The notes under the pieces: model-generated
Told to the model about the DNA's origin: nothing
The model's database searches: none
Seen by the model: the letters and a program-made list of their open reading frames with translations, nothing else
Program-made: the position numbers and the translations under genes
Shown here: positions 29,081-39,011 of the stretch, one piece after another
How positions within the stretch are numbered: position 1 is the stretch's first letter
How the letters are laid out: each line of letters starts with the position of its first letter
Sequence record: OL960581
Source of the DNA: Escherichia phage vB_EcoM_SA20RB
Length of the DNA stretch: 64,000 bases
Strand: one strand, 5' to 3'

Positions 29081-29098
29081 AAAGGGCCGAAGCCCTTT
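29081..29098 (-). other. UUCG-tetraloop stem-loop between genes 45 and 44
   Basis: aaagggc-cgaa-gcccttt. Confidence 0.5.
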
Positions 29099-29099
29099 A

Positions 29100-29786
29100 T
29101 TAAAAGTCGTGGGTAGAATCAGCTTCAAGAGCTACTACATAATTCGCATGTTCACCTTCAAATTTAGCAGCGCCTTGTTTACCTTTTGCCCAGAGCAGAA
29201 GTTTATAATTTCCTGGTTGCATTTTCATATTTGCCATATTGATAATGAAATTAAATGTATTTTCACCATCATAATCACCAAGAGTCAAAGAATATTTAAC
29301 ACGGGTCAAAGCAGAATCTTCTACTTTATTAAAACCGTTAATTACGATTTTACCTTCTTTTACTGTGATAGCAATTGTATCAATCTGCAGACCGCGAGAT
29401 ACACGCAACAGCTGTTGAAGGTCTTCAGCTTTAATTTCGGTAACAACAGATGCTACCGGGAATGGAATTGGTTTATTAGGAGCAACTACTGTACTCGGAT
29501 CGGCTGCTGGCCAAAAAATTGTTGAACGGGCATCAGCAATTTTAATATTTCCATCTTCTGACTGGGAAATTTCTGCATCATCATTAACTAGAGACAGAAT
29601 ACCGAGAAAACCGTTCAAATCGTAAATCGCTACATCAAAATCAATAGTGTCAGAAATATTTGCTTCCGCATAAGTTGTACCATTAACTGCGCGAGTCATA
29701 ATAAATTGACCAGATTTAAGCATAATACCAGAGTTAATAGTAGCGAAATTTTTGAGCAGAGCAGTAGTATCTTTAGACAGTTTCAT
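29100..29786 (-). CDS. 45: sliding clamp gp45 (228 aa)
   Basis: 228 aa, ATG start. Confidence 0.85.
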   Translation of the reverse strand: MKLSKDTTALLKNFATINSGIMLKSGQFIMTRAVNGTTYAEANISDTIDFDVAIYDLNGFLGILSLVNDDAEISQSEDGNIKIADARSTIFWPAADPSTVVAPNKPIPFPVASVVTEIKAEDLQQLLRVSRGLQIDTIAITVKEGKIVINGFNKVEDSALTRVKYSLTLGDYDGENTFNFIINMANMKMQPGNYKLLLWAKGKQGAAKFEGEHANYVVALEADSTHDF

Positions 29787-29841
29787 GTAATTTCCTTCAA
29801 TTCAAATGAGATTTAATTTTATAACTAATTTAATAAAGCAA

Positions 29842-30231
29842 TTAACGATTAAAATCGGCAGCAATTGTTTCCGCAACAATTTGAGCAGCAACAATTAGAC
29901 GTTCATCTGCATTACCACAATAATCATCTTCAAGGCGTTCACCACATGAAGTCATAATAAATTTAGCACCAGCATTTAAAGATTCTGTCGTATGTTTGCG
30001 CATTAGTTCAATCCATTTATTACTTACTTCACGATCGATAGCTTCATAATACGCATGACGAGCAGGTGCAGATTTAATTTTGCTCTGAATAACTTCCATC
30101 GCGTTATCAGAAAGAGACAAAACCCATGCTCGACGAATTTTATTTTGGTTTTGTGGATTTGATTCAGAACGCACGTGTTTTGGCTGAATATCTTTTACAT
30201 CAACAGTATAATTCACAGTAATTTTAGTCAT
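29842..30231 (-). CDS. rpbA: RNA polymerase binding protein RpbA-like (129 aa)
   Basis: 129 aa; position after gene 45 as in T4. Confidence 0.55.
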   Translation of the reverse strand: MTKITVNYTVDVKDIQPKHVRSESNPQNQNKIRRAWVLSLSDNAMEVIQSKIKSAPARHAYYEAIDREVSNKWIELMRKHTTESLNAGAKFIMTSCGERLEDDYCGNADERLIVAAQIVAETIAADFNR

Positions 30232-30240
30232 AATACACCT

Positions 30241-30429
30241 TTAGTCATAATAATCAGTAACAGTCCAAGCTTCATTTCTGTTGGACATTATTTTCGTATA
30301 TTCTGCTTTAAATGCATTCTTAAGCATAGATTCAGTAACTATATGCTCTTCATTAGAAAAATTATTTCTCAGAATATATCGTTTTATTTCAGGAATAGTT
30401 AATAGATGCTGTCCAGTTGAATATTCCAT
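30241..30429 (-). CDS. hypothetical protein (62 aa)
   Basis: ATG start. Confidence 0.45.
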   Translation of the reverse strand: MEYSTGQHLLTIPEIKRYILRNNFSNEEHIVTESMLKNAFKAEYTKIMSNRNEAWTVTDYYD

Positions 30430-30484
30430 GTTTTTCCTCCATAGAGATTATACTCTAATAAATTAAAGCATAATCTCTTATAAA

Positions 30485-32167
30485 TTAAACCATTACAGTA
30501 AATCGACCAACTTTCTTCATTTGAAGATGCTGACCATATTCTTGCGGGTCATGGTCTTTATGCGAAATTATAAAAACATTAGTATTTTTCATTGAATTTA
30601 TAATATTAGCTACGCCTTTAATACCTTCGGCATCAAATGACCCATCAAACACTTCATCAAGAATTAATGTACTAATACTAACACCAGATACGATAGAAGC
30701 AATATCACGCCAAGTAAATAAAAGAGCAATATCGATTCGTGCTTTTTCACCTTCACTAAATGAAGCATAACTAAAATCTTCGCGACCACGAGATTTAATT
30801 GTCTCATTAAATTCTTCATCTAATGTAAACACATAATCCGCTTCCATTATTTTAAGATAATGGTTAATCTGCTTATTAAATAATGGAATGTACTTTTTAA
30901 TAATAGCACCTTTAATACCAGAATCTTTGAGCATATCAGTCAAAATTCCTCTGTGGTATTTTTCCATTACTAAATTAGTTTTTGTCTTAACAATTTTATC
31001 AAGTTCTTCTTGAAGCAGTGCTATTTCATCAGCATGGTCAATAAACTCGGATGATGCTTTTTCTATAGCTGCTTTAACTTTTTTAGCTTTATCTACCGTC
31101 GTGATTAGAGATTGCTTTTTATTGCGAATATCATTCGCCAGCGTCTGTTGGGTTTTAATATTATCTCGGTATTCATCAACGAGAACTTTTAAATTATCAC
31201 GATGTGTTGAAAGCTGTTCAAACGAATGCGTGCATTCAGAAACTTTATCTTTAATTTTAGAAACAACTTTATCACCGGAACTTAATTGTGACAAACAGGT
31301 TGGACATAATCCACCTTCGTGATACATATTAATGACTTTATTATACGAGTCAATTTTTGATTTAATTAAAAATGCTTCTTGACCGATTTTATTAAATGCA
31401 TCAGTCGGGTCTTCATCCAAAACAATATTAACTAATCTTTCATTAGCTTCTTCTATTTCCGATTTTAACGTTCTAGCTTCTTTTGCCAAATCATCATACA
31501 TATTCTGTAGACGAGTAAGGTTATCACCAGTTAATTTTTTCTGGCGTTCAACGTTATCATTATATATTTTAATTTGTTGGATAATACTATCTTTTTTAAC
31601 ATCAAGCACTTGGTTTTGTGAATTTAATTCACGTATTAGTGCTTTATTAAGCTTATCCATTTCAGCTAATGTTCCTACCTCGAGCAGGTCTTCCACAAGC
31701 TTTCTTCGTGCAGGGGTCGACAAACCCATGAAAGGGGTATACCCTGCTGTACCAAGGACAACAATCTGCTTGAAACTGGCATATGACATTCCGATAAGCT
31801 GTTCAAATTCTGCTTGGAAATCTTTACTGCTGGCAGATTCATTAAGACGTGTACCGTTAACGGTGATTTCGAAAACGTTTGGTTTTTGTCCTCTTTTGAT
31901 ATAGTACTTTTTCTCATCATATTCCATCCACAGTTCAACTAAAAGTTCTTTCTTATTTGTGCTGTTTATTAATTGACCTTTCTTTACATCACGGAATGGC
32001 TTGCCAAAAAGCCCAAATGTGATGGCTTCTAACATAGTAGACTTACCACCGCCATTTCGTCCAGTAATAAGAGTTTTTTGAACCTTATCTAGTTGAATGT
32101 CAATAGGATTTCCACCTACTGACATTATATTTTGATACCTAACTCGGTTTAGTTTAAAATTCTTCAC
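30485..32167 (-). CDS. 46: recombination nuclease ATPase subunit gp46 (Rad50/SbcC-like, 560 aa)
   Basis: Walker A GRNGGGKST; central coiled coil with CPTC hook; GTG start with AAAGGAA SD. Confidence 0.85.
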   Translation of the reverse strand: MKNFKLNRVRYQNIMSVGGNPIDIQLDKVQKTLITGRNGGGKSTMLEAITFGLFGKPFRDVKKGQLINSTNKKELLVELWMEYDEKKYYIKRGQKPNVFEITVNGTRLNESASSKDFQAEFEQLIGMSYASFKQIVVLGTAGYTPFMGLSTPARRKLVEDLLEVGTLAEMDKLNKALIRELNSQNQVLDVKKDSIIQQIKIYNDNVERQKKLTGDNLTRLQNMYDDLAKEARTLKSEIEEANERLVNIVLDEDPTDAFNKIGQEAFLIKSKIDSYNKVINMYHEGGLCPTCLSQLSSGDKVVSKIKDKVSECTHSFEQLSTHRDNLKVLVDEYRDNIKTQQTLANDIRNKKQSLITTVDKAKKVKAAIEKASSEFIDHADEIALLQEELDKIVKTKTNLVMEKYHRGILTDMLKDSGIKGAIIKKYIPLFNKQINHYLKIMEADYVFTLDEEFNETIKSRGREDFSYASFSEGEKARIDIALLFTWRDIASIVSGVSISTLILDEVFDGSFDAEGIKGVANIINSMKNTNVFIISHKDHDPQEYGQHLQMKKVGRFTVMV

Positions 32168-32427
32168 AAAAGATTCCTTTTAATGTATCTTTTAGACCAT
32201 TCTATCATATCATCATAATCTAAAAAGTATTCATCAAATTCAGCCATGCAAACAACACCTTGTGCTGCTTTTGATGTGATATAAATTATTCCAACATATC
32301 TAGAATCTTCTTCGGTGTAATCAATATTTGCTATGAATTCATCATTAATGTCAAATGTCGAAAACTTCACAGTATGCATCCTTAATACAAGATACAGCCA
32401 TATCTTGTAATGATTTAGGTGTATCAT
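32164..32427 (-). CDS. hypothetical protein (87 aa; start uncertain)
   Basis: ATG; overlaps next ORF by 77 nt in another frame. Confidence 0.4.
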   Translation of the reverse strand: MIHLNHYKIWLYLVLRMHTVKFSTFDINDEFIANIDYTEEDSRYVGIIYITSKAAQGVVCMAEFDEYFLDYDDMIEWSKRYIKRNLL

Positions 32428-32614
32428 TATCTAAAATGTTGAAGTTAAAAGATACAGCCCAGTCAGTGCAGACCGTAACCTTTTTAATACAATTATCTTC
32501 AACCTCTAGCGGTTCAAACCAATATTCAATAATTTCTTTATGCCCAATATCATCTTTTACTTCGCATTCAAAATGCTGACTCATCATAACATTTTTAAAT
32601 TCATCAAAAGTCAT
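32351..32614 (-). CDS. hypothetical protein (87 aa)
   Basis: ATG start abutting gene 47 stop. Confidence 0.45.
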   Translation of the reverse strand: MTFDEFKNVMMSQHFECEVKDDIGHKEIIEYWFEPLEVEDNCIKKVTVCTDWAVSFNFNILDNDTPKSLQDMAVSCIKDAYCEVFDI

Positions 32615-33630
32615 TGTGTTGCCTCTACATATAACTGATTTGCATATTGAATAAGTGCTTCGCGATCAGAATCAGTGATGTCTGGAATTGCATTAATGTA
32701 TTCTTCCATCAACGTCTGAAGAGATTGAACTTCAACTTCTTCACTATCATCTGACTCGACAGAGTTATCAATCTTTGACACAACTCGTAATGAATGCACA
32801 ACTTTTTCTAGTTCAGATTCGAACTTCGTCAGATTTTTGTCTACTTCAGTTACTATAACACGCACTGACAGATTTGTAAAATCTTTATAGTCAATTTTTC
32901 CCTTAAATGGATATTGAATTCGACGATGCCAAGTAGTGTTGTTTGGAATAAATTCCATTCGTTCTGTTTCTGTATCAAACATCCAGAACCCACGAGGGTC
33001 ATTCTCGTCACCCGCAGTTAGTGTCCATGGTGTCCCAATATATCTGACGTTAGCAGCCTCAGAGATAGTATGGAAGTGACCAGACCACACTTCTTTGTAA
33101 GTCTTAAGGAAATCAGGTTCAAGACCGTGAGATTTCATTCCTTTATAAAAATAAAATCCATTCAGTTCCCAGTGACCAACACAAAAAGAAGCAGATGAAG
33201 TTTTGATGTGTTCAAGAATTTCACCAGTGTTTTCTTCACACATCCAAGGAATTAAATCAATCAAACATCCGTCAAAATCTACTGTAGTAGGCTTATCATA
33301 TACTTTAACATTAGGATATTTAGCCAAAAGCTCAGTAGAAGCATTTGGATGCATTACATTTTTATAGTGGAGATCGTGATTTCCTACAATAGTATGTAAT
33401 GTGATTCCAGCGGCATCAAGCATTTGAACTATTTCACGGGCAAACTCCATAGTTTTATGCGTGATCGCTTTTCGTACATCAAAAATATCACCGTATTGAA
33501 TCCATACAGTAATTCCATTTTTCTTAGAATATTCTATCGCTTGCTTAATTCCATCAATTTGAATACCGCGAATCCATTCATCATCAGCTTTAACGCCTAA
33601 ATGCCAATCACCCAAGTTTAGTATTTTCAT
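32611..33630 (-). CDS. 47: recombination nuclease gp47 (Mre11/SbcD-like phosphoesterase, 339 aa)
   Basis: phosphoesterase motifs LGDWHLG and GNHD; 339 aa. Confidence 0.85.
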   Translation of the reverse strand: MKILNLGDWHLGVKADDEWIRGIQIDGIKQAIEYSKKNGITVWIQYGDIFDVRKAITHKTMEFAREIVQMLDAAGITLHTIVGNHDLHYKNVMHPNASTELLAKYPNVKVYDKPTTVDFDGCLIDLIPWMCEENTGEILEHIKTSSASFCVGHWELNGFYFYKGMKSHGLEPDFLKTYKEVWSGHFHTISEAANVRYIGTPWTLTAGDENDPRGFWMFDTETERMEFIPNNTTWHRRIQYPFKGKIDYKDFTNLSVRVIVTEVDKNLTKFESELEKVVHSLRVVSKIDNSVESDDSEEVEVQSLQTLMEEYINAIPDITDSDREALIQYANQLYVEATQ

Positions 33631-34231
33631 GGTGTCTTTTCCATCCTAATTTAGCTGCTTTTGAAACTAGTTCTTTAATTTTTCCTTTTGTCCATTCAGG
33701 ACCAGGAGGTTCATGACATAACATTTGCTTAACTCCGTTATTATACCATTTTTTACCTTTATTATGTGATGAAGCTTTAAATTTATTTGACCTTCCTTTT
33801 ACATAACCTTCTGGAATATACGGTAAAAAGGCAGATTTTCCTGTTAATGGGTCATGTGAATGTATGTTTCCTTTACAATTATGAGAACCATATAATGGAT
33901 GATTTTGTCCTTTAATATCTCTTCCAAATGAACCTTTTGGAGCAGCATATGACATATTAAAGAATAATGGATTTTTAACCGCATCATGCAAACGTTGATA
34001 ATATAGCTCGCATTTAATAGCTTCTTCGCGTGTATCAAATTCATCTAAAATGCATGAATCAAATAAATGTGGGTTATTTGAAAGTTCTTCATTATAAATT
34101 TTCTTATACTTTTTAGATAAAACTGATCCATGATATCCGGCTAAATGCCTGTCTAAAGATGTAGATCCAATATAAAAAGGAGGAAGTTTATCTCCACTAT
34201 ATATTGTTAAATAAGTTATATATTTTTTCAT
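33608..34231 (-). CDS. GIY-YIG homing endonuclease-like protein (seg-like, 207 aa)
   Basis: YITYLTIYSGDKLPPFYIGSTS (GIY-YIG), conserved Arg/Glu downstream, NUMOD3-like GKKWYNNG; overlaps gene 47 start by 23 nt. Confidence 0.6.
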   Translation of the reverse strand: MKKYITYLTIYSGDKLPPFYIGSTSLDRHLAGYHGSVLSKKYKKIYNEELSNNPHLFDSCILDEFDTREEAIKCELYYQRLHDAVKNPLFFNMSYAAPKGSFGRDIKGQNHPLYGSHNCKGNIHSHDPLTGKSAFLPYIPEGYVKGRSNKFKASSHNKGKKWYNNGVKQMLCHEPPGPEWTKGKIKELVSKAAKLGWKRHHENTKLG

Positions 34232-34392
34232 ATATCAAGAACCGTCATTGAAATGCAAAATAAAATTATTGAAATAAATCCATCTGGAGTGCTAAAGAAC
34301 CCAATCCAACACGCTCTAGTGAATAGATAAAATGCGAGAAAAAGTATCACATATCCAAGAAATATCATTATATCAAACTCCGTATAAAGCTA

Positions 34393-34410
34393 AAGGGCCG
34401 AAGCCCTTTA
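34393..34410 (-). other. UUCG-tetraloop stem-loop at a-gt 3' end
   Basis: aaagggc-cgaa-gcccttt, near-identical to 29081-29098. Confidence 0.5.
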
Positions 34411-35610
34411 TTTTGTAATAATGTCAAACTGTTCTTTAAAGCAGAAGCTTGAATCTTGATGCTGATACAAAAATTCATAAGCTTTTTCGCGTTCACGGTC
34501 ATAAAGAGCTCGGTCAGATGACAGTTCTTTAATACGTTCAAATGTTGATTCCATGTCATTTTCATCAAACCAAACGATACCGCTATCATGAGAAATTAAC
34601 GGAGTATTATCAACACGGAATTTTAAATTTTCGCCAGTAGATTTCCAAAATACTGGAATTGTTCCACATGCACCAAGCTCGAGATGAGTATATTCTAAAG
34701 AACGTTGTAGATATTTTTTGTCCAACTTACTCAGCTGATAACCAAATCCGGATTTACTCATGCGCTCAAGCATTTCGCTATTTACATAACGGTCAAGAAT
34801 TTGCGTTGGCAAATTAGGAGCAATTTTAATTTGGTCTACTTGATGAAGACGATAATACTCGTATGGAATTCCTTTTTCTTTAATAGGAATGAACGCAGGA
34901 GAACGTTCCAGACCTTCCATAATAGTACTTAGCCCAGCAGGTTTAAGATGTTTTTCGTGAAAATCAAACATCTGATAAAAACCTTTCCATGTAGTCGTAC
35001 GACCAATCCAACGGTTGACATTCATGTTAATTTCAGAAACATCTTTCCAGTAGGTTGATCGAACCTTCGCAATATCCATAGGAGGCTGAAAGTTGTATAC
35101 AGTCGGTGCTTCTTCAATATCATCAAACAGAGAAACTGTTTCTGGATACCATTCTTTCATCAAAACTTTATTAAAATCACCATTATCAGAATGACTAAAA
35201 ATAACATCAGCTCGACGAACAGTTTCTTCTAATCCCAAATTTCGGCGCAAAGAAAGAGAAGAATGGTCATGTTGATAAACTACAACACGAACTGAAGGTT
35301 TAATGTTATCAATAATTTTTTTATAGTTATTAATAGTGTCTTCTTCGACTGAAGTAGCAGGAACTGAATTGATAATTAGAATATCACAATCATTTACCAG
35401 CTTAAGTGTTTTATCGTATTCTTTTGCCAATAAAACCGGAATTGAAAATGATTTATAATCATGCGCGCAATTACGAGTAAATGATTTATCTTTAGCATAA
35501 ACCAAAGTTACTTCATGACCATTTTTAATAAACCAATCACGCTGCTCGAGAGAAAATTTAGTTACGCCGCAACCTTCAAGACCTCGAGCCATAAAAATAC
35601 ATACTTTCAT
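34408..35610 (-). CDS. a-gt: alpha-glucosyltransferase (400 aa)
   Basis: 400 aa as T4 a-gt; position between 47 and 55. Confidence 0.75.
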   Translation of the reverse strand: MKVCIFMARGLEGCGVTKFSLEQRDWFIKNGHEVTLVYAKDKSFTRNCAHDYKSFSIPVLLAKEYDKTLKLVNDCDILIINSVPATSVEEDTINNYKKIIDNIKPSVRVVVYQHDHSSLSLRRNLGLEETVRRADVIFSHSDNGDFNKVLMKEWYPETVSLFDDIEEAPTVYNFQPPMDIAKVRSTYWKDVSEINMNVNRWIGRTTTWKGFYQMFDFHEKHLKPAGLSTIMEGLERSPAFIPIKEKGIPYEYYRLHQVDQIKIAPNLPTQILDRYVNSEMLERMSKSGFGYQLSKLDKKYLQRSLEYTHLELGACGTIPVFWKSTGENLKFRVDNTPLISHDSGIVWFDENDMESTFERIKELSSDRALYDREREKAYEFLYQHQDSSFCFKEQFDIITK

Positions 35611-35660
35611 TTAATATCCTCATTGTTTTGGTTTATTTTACCAAAAATTTATAAAGCAAT

Positions 35661-35680
35661 ATAGGAGCCGAAGCTCCTAT
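35661..35680 (-). other. UUCG-tetraloop stem-loop
   Basis: taggagc-cgaa-gctccta. Confidence 0.45.
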
Positions 35681-35850
35681 CCGCATAATACACCATACAG
35701 AGGCTCATTAGAGCTTCTAAATTTTATACGTTTATGTGTTATAGTTCCTTCTGCTTTAGCTTTATCATGAGACTCTTTAAAGCGCCTCATCATTTCTACT
35801 TTAGAGGAACGAATTTTATTATAATCTATTTCACAAGTCTGGGCGTTCAT
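35677..35850 (-). CDS. small basic protein (57 aa), not in ORF track
   Basis: hand-translated MNAQTCEIDYNKIRSSKVEMMRRFKESHDKAKAEGTITHKRIKFRSSNEPLYGVLCG; weak SD. Confidence 0.3.
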   Translation of the reverse strand: MNAQTCEIDYNKIRSSKVEMMRRFKESHDKAKAEGTITHKRIKFRSSNEPLYGVLCG

Positions 35851-35853
35851 CTT

Positions 35854-36057
35854 TCACAGTTGCCACCATTTTTTGACTTGATAGGAATCAACCCACACTT
35901 TCATATTAGGGTCTGCTCTTACAATAGGAGGATTAACTTCTTTAATTGAACTATCATGGTATTCTTTTTCAGAAATTTTCACGCAAAGATGACCATTCAA
36001 AGATTCAGTAAATCCTGCATTAATTTTAAGACGCTTGAATTTTACGCGTGTAAGCAT
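35854..36057 (-). CDS. hypothetical protein (67 aa)
   Basis: ATG 36055-36057 (track start TTG 36060). Confidence 0.4.
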   Translation of the reverse strand: MLTRVKFKRLKINAGFTESLNGHLCVKISEKEYHDSSIKEVNPPIVRADPNMKVWVDSYQVKKWWQL

Positions 36058-36343
36058 CAATCATATCCTCAATCTGCGATCTAGTAGTCTTCCAAAGAAT
36101 ACTAATGAGTTCATCGTTATATGGCTGTTTTAGAATATCCCGACTTTTCTTGATAGCATATTCGTATTGAGCAAAATTATTGTTTTCAGCTGCAATCTGA
36201 GCGTGTTTATAAAGACGGTTCAGTTCGCGTTTGTTTTTAGACAATAACTTATTTGCTTTTCTTTCTGCTTCAAGACGGTTCTTTTCTTCAATAGAAGAAA
36301 TAAGCTTTTCCACTTCATCATTAATTTCGGGTTTATCAGTCAT
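36026..36343 (-). CDS. hypothetical protein (105 aa)
   Basis: ATG start. Confidence 0.45.
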   Translation of the reverse strand: MTDKPEINDEVEKLISSIEEKNRLEAERKANKLLSKNKRELNRLYKHAQIAAENNNFAQYEYAIKKSRDILKQPYNDELISILWKTTRSQIEDMIDAYTRKIQAS

Positions 36344-36344
36344 A

Positions 36345-36563
36345 TTATTTCTCTAATATAAAATAAAAATCATCATCTGTTAAATGATACCGATAGTTTA
36401 ATTCTACACCATTAGATTTAAAAGCGGTATCATACGGATTTTCTGGATCAATATCAATGTCAAGAGCTAAAACTTCCCTGAGATACATTTTAAGTAAATA
36501 GGGAATAGCTTCAACTTCAGGTATTTCTTCCAAGAATCCGGAGAGGTTAATCGTTAGCCTCAT
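36345..36563 (-). CDS. hypothetical protein (72 aa)
   Basis: ATG start. Confidence 0.45.
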
Positions 36564-37104
36564 ATAAAAAATCCAAACTAGGAGAATCGTCTACAACACT
36601 TTTCTTTTCAGCCCCCGGTGTTCTATAGGTTGATTCTTCGTAATGCGTCATTTTATCGTAGATGTCTTGAATAAAAGTTTCATCTACTAACGCAACCATA
36701 TCGTCGTCACGACTGTCATAGACATTGTGAACGAAGTAACTATATTTCTTTGCAACTTCCTTACGTTCTTTTTTAATACGTTGGACGAATGCATTAAAAC
36801 AAGCTTGAGTTATATATGCATGTGGGTTTTTATATTTCGTTTCATCAAAATTATGAAGCCCCTTAATAGAAGCTTCTATACCATCTGCAATCATTTCTTG
36901 TTTCCAAGATTGGGTGTATCCTGAAAAGTTGAAACGTTTAGATAAGCCTTCTGCAATAAGCATAATGGCTAATCCGATAGTATCATTCTGACGAACTACT
37001 TTATTTGGGTCTTTATTATTTGCTAATTCTGTTTTCCAATCAATAATAGCTTGTAAAAGCTCTTTATTGTTTACGTAATTATATTTAGGCTTAGTTTCTG
37101 ACAT
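36547..37104 (-). CDS. 55: late-transcription sigma factor gp55 (185 aa)
   Basis: start moved to ATG 37102-37104 ([10 protein letters not shown].., AAGAGGTGA SD); 185 aa as T4 gp55. Confidence 0.8.
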
Positions 37105-37182
37105 TTTCACCTCTTAGCTCAATTCATAGATCTATTATATCATAATATTTGAAGATCTATCTTAAAGCATAGAGGATATCAG

Positions 37183-37452
37183 TTATCTAAGTAAACAGTA
37201 TGCTTGGAACACTTTCTCCATCATCTTTTTAAATTCATGAATATCTATGTAATGACTAGTTAAATCAGCATGATATAAAAAGTCTAAAAACTTTTCATGT
37301 GTGCTAGCATATTCACTTTCATTTAATTCAGAAACATGGCTTTCCCAATATCCAACACCAGTCTTATTTGGGAAAAATGAAATTTTCATGTATTGGTCAA
37401 CATAGAAAATGCCATAATTTTCAATAGTAATAGAAATATTAATAAATTTCAT
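37183..37452 (-). CDS. hypothetical protein (89 aa)
   Basis: ATG start. Confidence 0.45.
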   Translation of the reverse strand: MKFINISITIENYGIFYVDQYMKISFFPNKTGVGYWESHVSELNESEYASTHEKFLDFLYHADLTSHYIDIHEFKKMMEKVFQAYCLLR

Positions 37453-37670
37453 ACATTCATCAACTTAGCCGCTTCGAGAGCTGCATCTAGTGAATCAAAT
37501 TGGTCAACGTATTCAATCAATTCGCCATAATTAGCGTATAACCACCATTGGCTAAATTCATACTCAAGGATGAATCCATTTCCTTCAATTTGAGTTAAAC
37601 CAATGCCATTTGTATTTACTTCATATCCGGCAAGACGTAAATCGTTAATAAGAGCTTCGTTCATATTCAT
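37449..37670 (-). CDS. hypothetical protein (73 aa)
   Basis: ATG start. Confidence 0.45.
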   Translation of the reverse strand: MNMNEALINDLRLAGYEVNTNGIGLTQIEGNGFILEYEFSQWWLYANYGELIEYVDQFDSLDAALEAAKLMNV

Positions 37671-37993
37671 ACCTTAGCAATTTTCAGGTCAGCAAATTTT
37701 TTCTTGCGTTGATTTTTCATACGACGAATAGTTTTATCGGAAATTTCATGCTTTTGATAAGCTTTAGATTCTACACCAAAAGCTTTAACATCAAATTCTG
37801 ACAAGATATATTGAACCAACAATTCACGGACAGTATTGCGTCCAATTTTCTGATCATTCTGTTTCATCGTCTGATGAAGTTCTTTTTCCCATTTATCCAA
37901 AATTTGAGGAGTTACAATATCGCCTTTTTCTAGCAGAGAAACTACTTTATCATATGCATAAGAATTGATGGCGTTTTTAATTTGAATAGTCAT
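37667..37993 (-). CDS. hypothetical protein (108 aa)
   Basis: ATG start. Confidence 0.45.
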   Translation of the reverse strand: MTIQIKNAINSYAYDKVVSLLEKGDIVTPQILDKWEKELHQTMKQNDQKIGRNTVRELLVQYILSEFDVKAFGVESKAYQKHEISDKTIRRMKNQRKKKFADLKIAKV

Positions 37994-38028
37994 ACATTAT
38001 CCTCAATTGCGTTAAAATTTTATTATCC

Positions 38029-38047
38029 AAAAAGGGCCGAAGCCCTT
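38029..38047 (-). terminator. rho-independent terminator (UUCG hairpin + U-run)
   Basis: aagggc-cgaa-gccctt with plus aaaaa 38029-38033 (U5 downstream on minus). Confidence 0.6.
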
Positions 38048-38246
38048 AGCTAAACTGTTTGGCACCCTTCCAGCCTTCGTACATCATTGCAGCTGATATT
38101 AATATTGCTCCTGCGCATTTTGAATATTTGTGATTCCAAAACCAGTTCAGAAAAACTTCGTCATCAATACCTTGGGCTATCATATTTTCAAAGAACTGAC
38201 GACGAGCTTCGGCAATTCGTTGTGATAATTTAGATTCAGGATTCAT
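38046..38246 (-). CDS. hypothetical protein (66 aa)
   Basis: ATG start. Confidence 0.45.
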   Translation of the reverse strand: MNPESKLSQRIAEARRQFFENMIAQGIDDEVFLNWFWNHKYSKCAGAILISAAMMYEGWKGAKQFS

Positions 38247-38378
38247 TTAAATTTTCCAGTTACCGTTTTCATCAATGAATTTAATCCAGTCATTTACTGA
38301 CCACTTAGTCGTATCGCCTTTTGGAGCGACATTTAAAGTGTATAATCCTTGTTTAAAAAGCATGCGTTTGATATTCAT
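38247..38378 (-). CDS. small hypothetical protein (43 aa)
   Basis: ATG 38376-38378 with GAGGAAA SD just after upstream stop; track ORF (to 38462) would overlap neighbour by 71 nt. Confidence 0.35.
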   Translation of the reverse strand: MNIKRMLFKQGLYTLNVAPKGDTTKWSVNDWIKFIDENGNWKI

Positions 38379-38385
38379 ATTTTCC

Positions 38386-38679
38386 TCAGCTGTAACGATA
38401 GCACTCGTTTGATTTACGCTTAGCAACTCGTTGAGAAGTATTGTAATCAAAATCATCGTCAATGTAAACTGATTTTTTCAACTTTCTTACTTCACCACGC
38501 AATTGACGATTTAACTCATCTTTAACTTCTGAATCAATGCCTTTCATTCTACGCCATTTATCTGAGCGAAAAATGTTTTCAACCATATCTTTATGACTTA
38601 CACCATCAGGAGCTTTACGCTTTCCGAAATAGTCATAATCACGAACTTTCAAGTCTTTACGACGATACGTTTTACCCAT
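38386..38679 (-). CDS. hypothetical basic protein (97 aa)
   Basis: ATG 38677-38679 with AAGGAAA SD (track start 38724 lies in upstream gene). Confidence 0.4.
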   Translation of the reverse strand: MGKTYRRKDLKVRDYDYFGKRKAPDGVSHKDMVENIFRSDKWRRMKGIDSEVKDELNRQLRGEVRKLKKSVYIDDDFDYNTSQRVAKRKSNECYRYS

Positions 38680-38854
38680 GGAGTTTAATTTCCTTAGCAA
38701 CTGAACTAAATACAGCACGATCACAAATCATCTGTTTATGTAACTTGAGTATAAGATAATAAACTTCAAAACCGTTTACATAAGTAACACGAACAACATT
38801 ACCATTAATAAAATAATATTGTCCCTTTTTAATTTCTTTATCAACCACAACCAT
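38672..38854 (-). CDS. hypothetical protein (60 aa)
   Basis: ATG start downstream of early promoter 38885-38914. Confidence 0.45.
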   Translation of the reverse strand: MVVVDKEIKKGQYYFINGNVVRVTYVNGFEVYYLILKLHKQMICDRAVFSSVAKEIKLHG

Positions 38855-38884
38855 ATCAAATCCTCAAAGGCAATTCATATGTTA

Positions 38885-38914
38885 ATAATACCATAGTTTG
38901 AACTTCTTGTAAAC
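38885..38914 (-). promoter_or_regulatory. T4-type early promoter
   Basis: plus ataata 38885-38890, gtaaac 38909-38914. Confidence 0.5.
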
Positions 38915-38989
38915 AACTTTGTGAAATTATTTTAGGGAACGATAAGAAGGGAACGATAGCTTAGAATGGTAATATACAGAATGCGAGAA

Positions 38990-39007
38990 AGAAAGGCCCA
39001 GAGGGCC
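38990..39007 (-). terminator. stem-loop/terminator after nrdH
   Basis: ggccc-aga-gggcc followed by U-rich tract on minus strand. Confidence 0.5.
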
Positions 39008-39011
39008 CGTC

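Noticed and set aside
34368-34589. 73-aa ORF overlapping the 3' end of a-gt
   Set aside because: Out-of-frame overlap with the 400-aa a-gt coding sequence; no independent start signals
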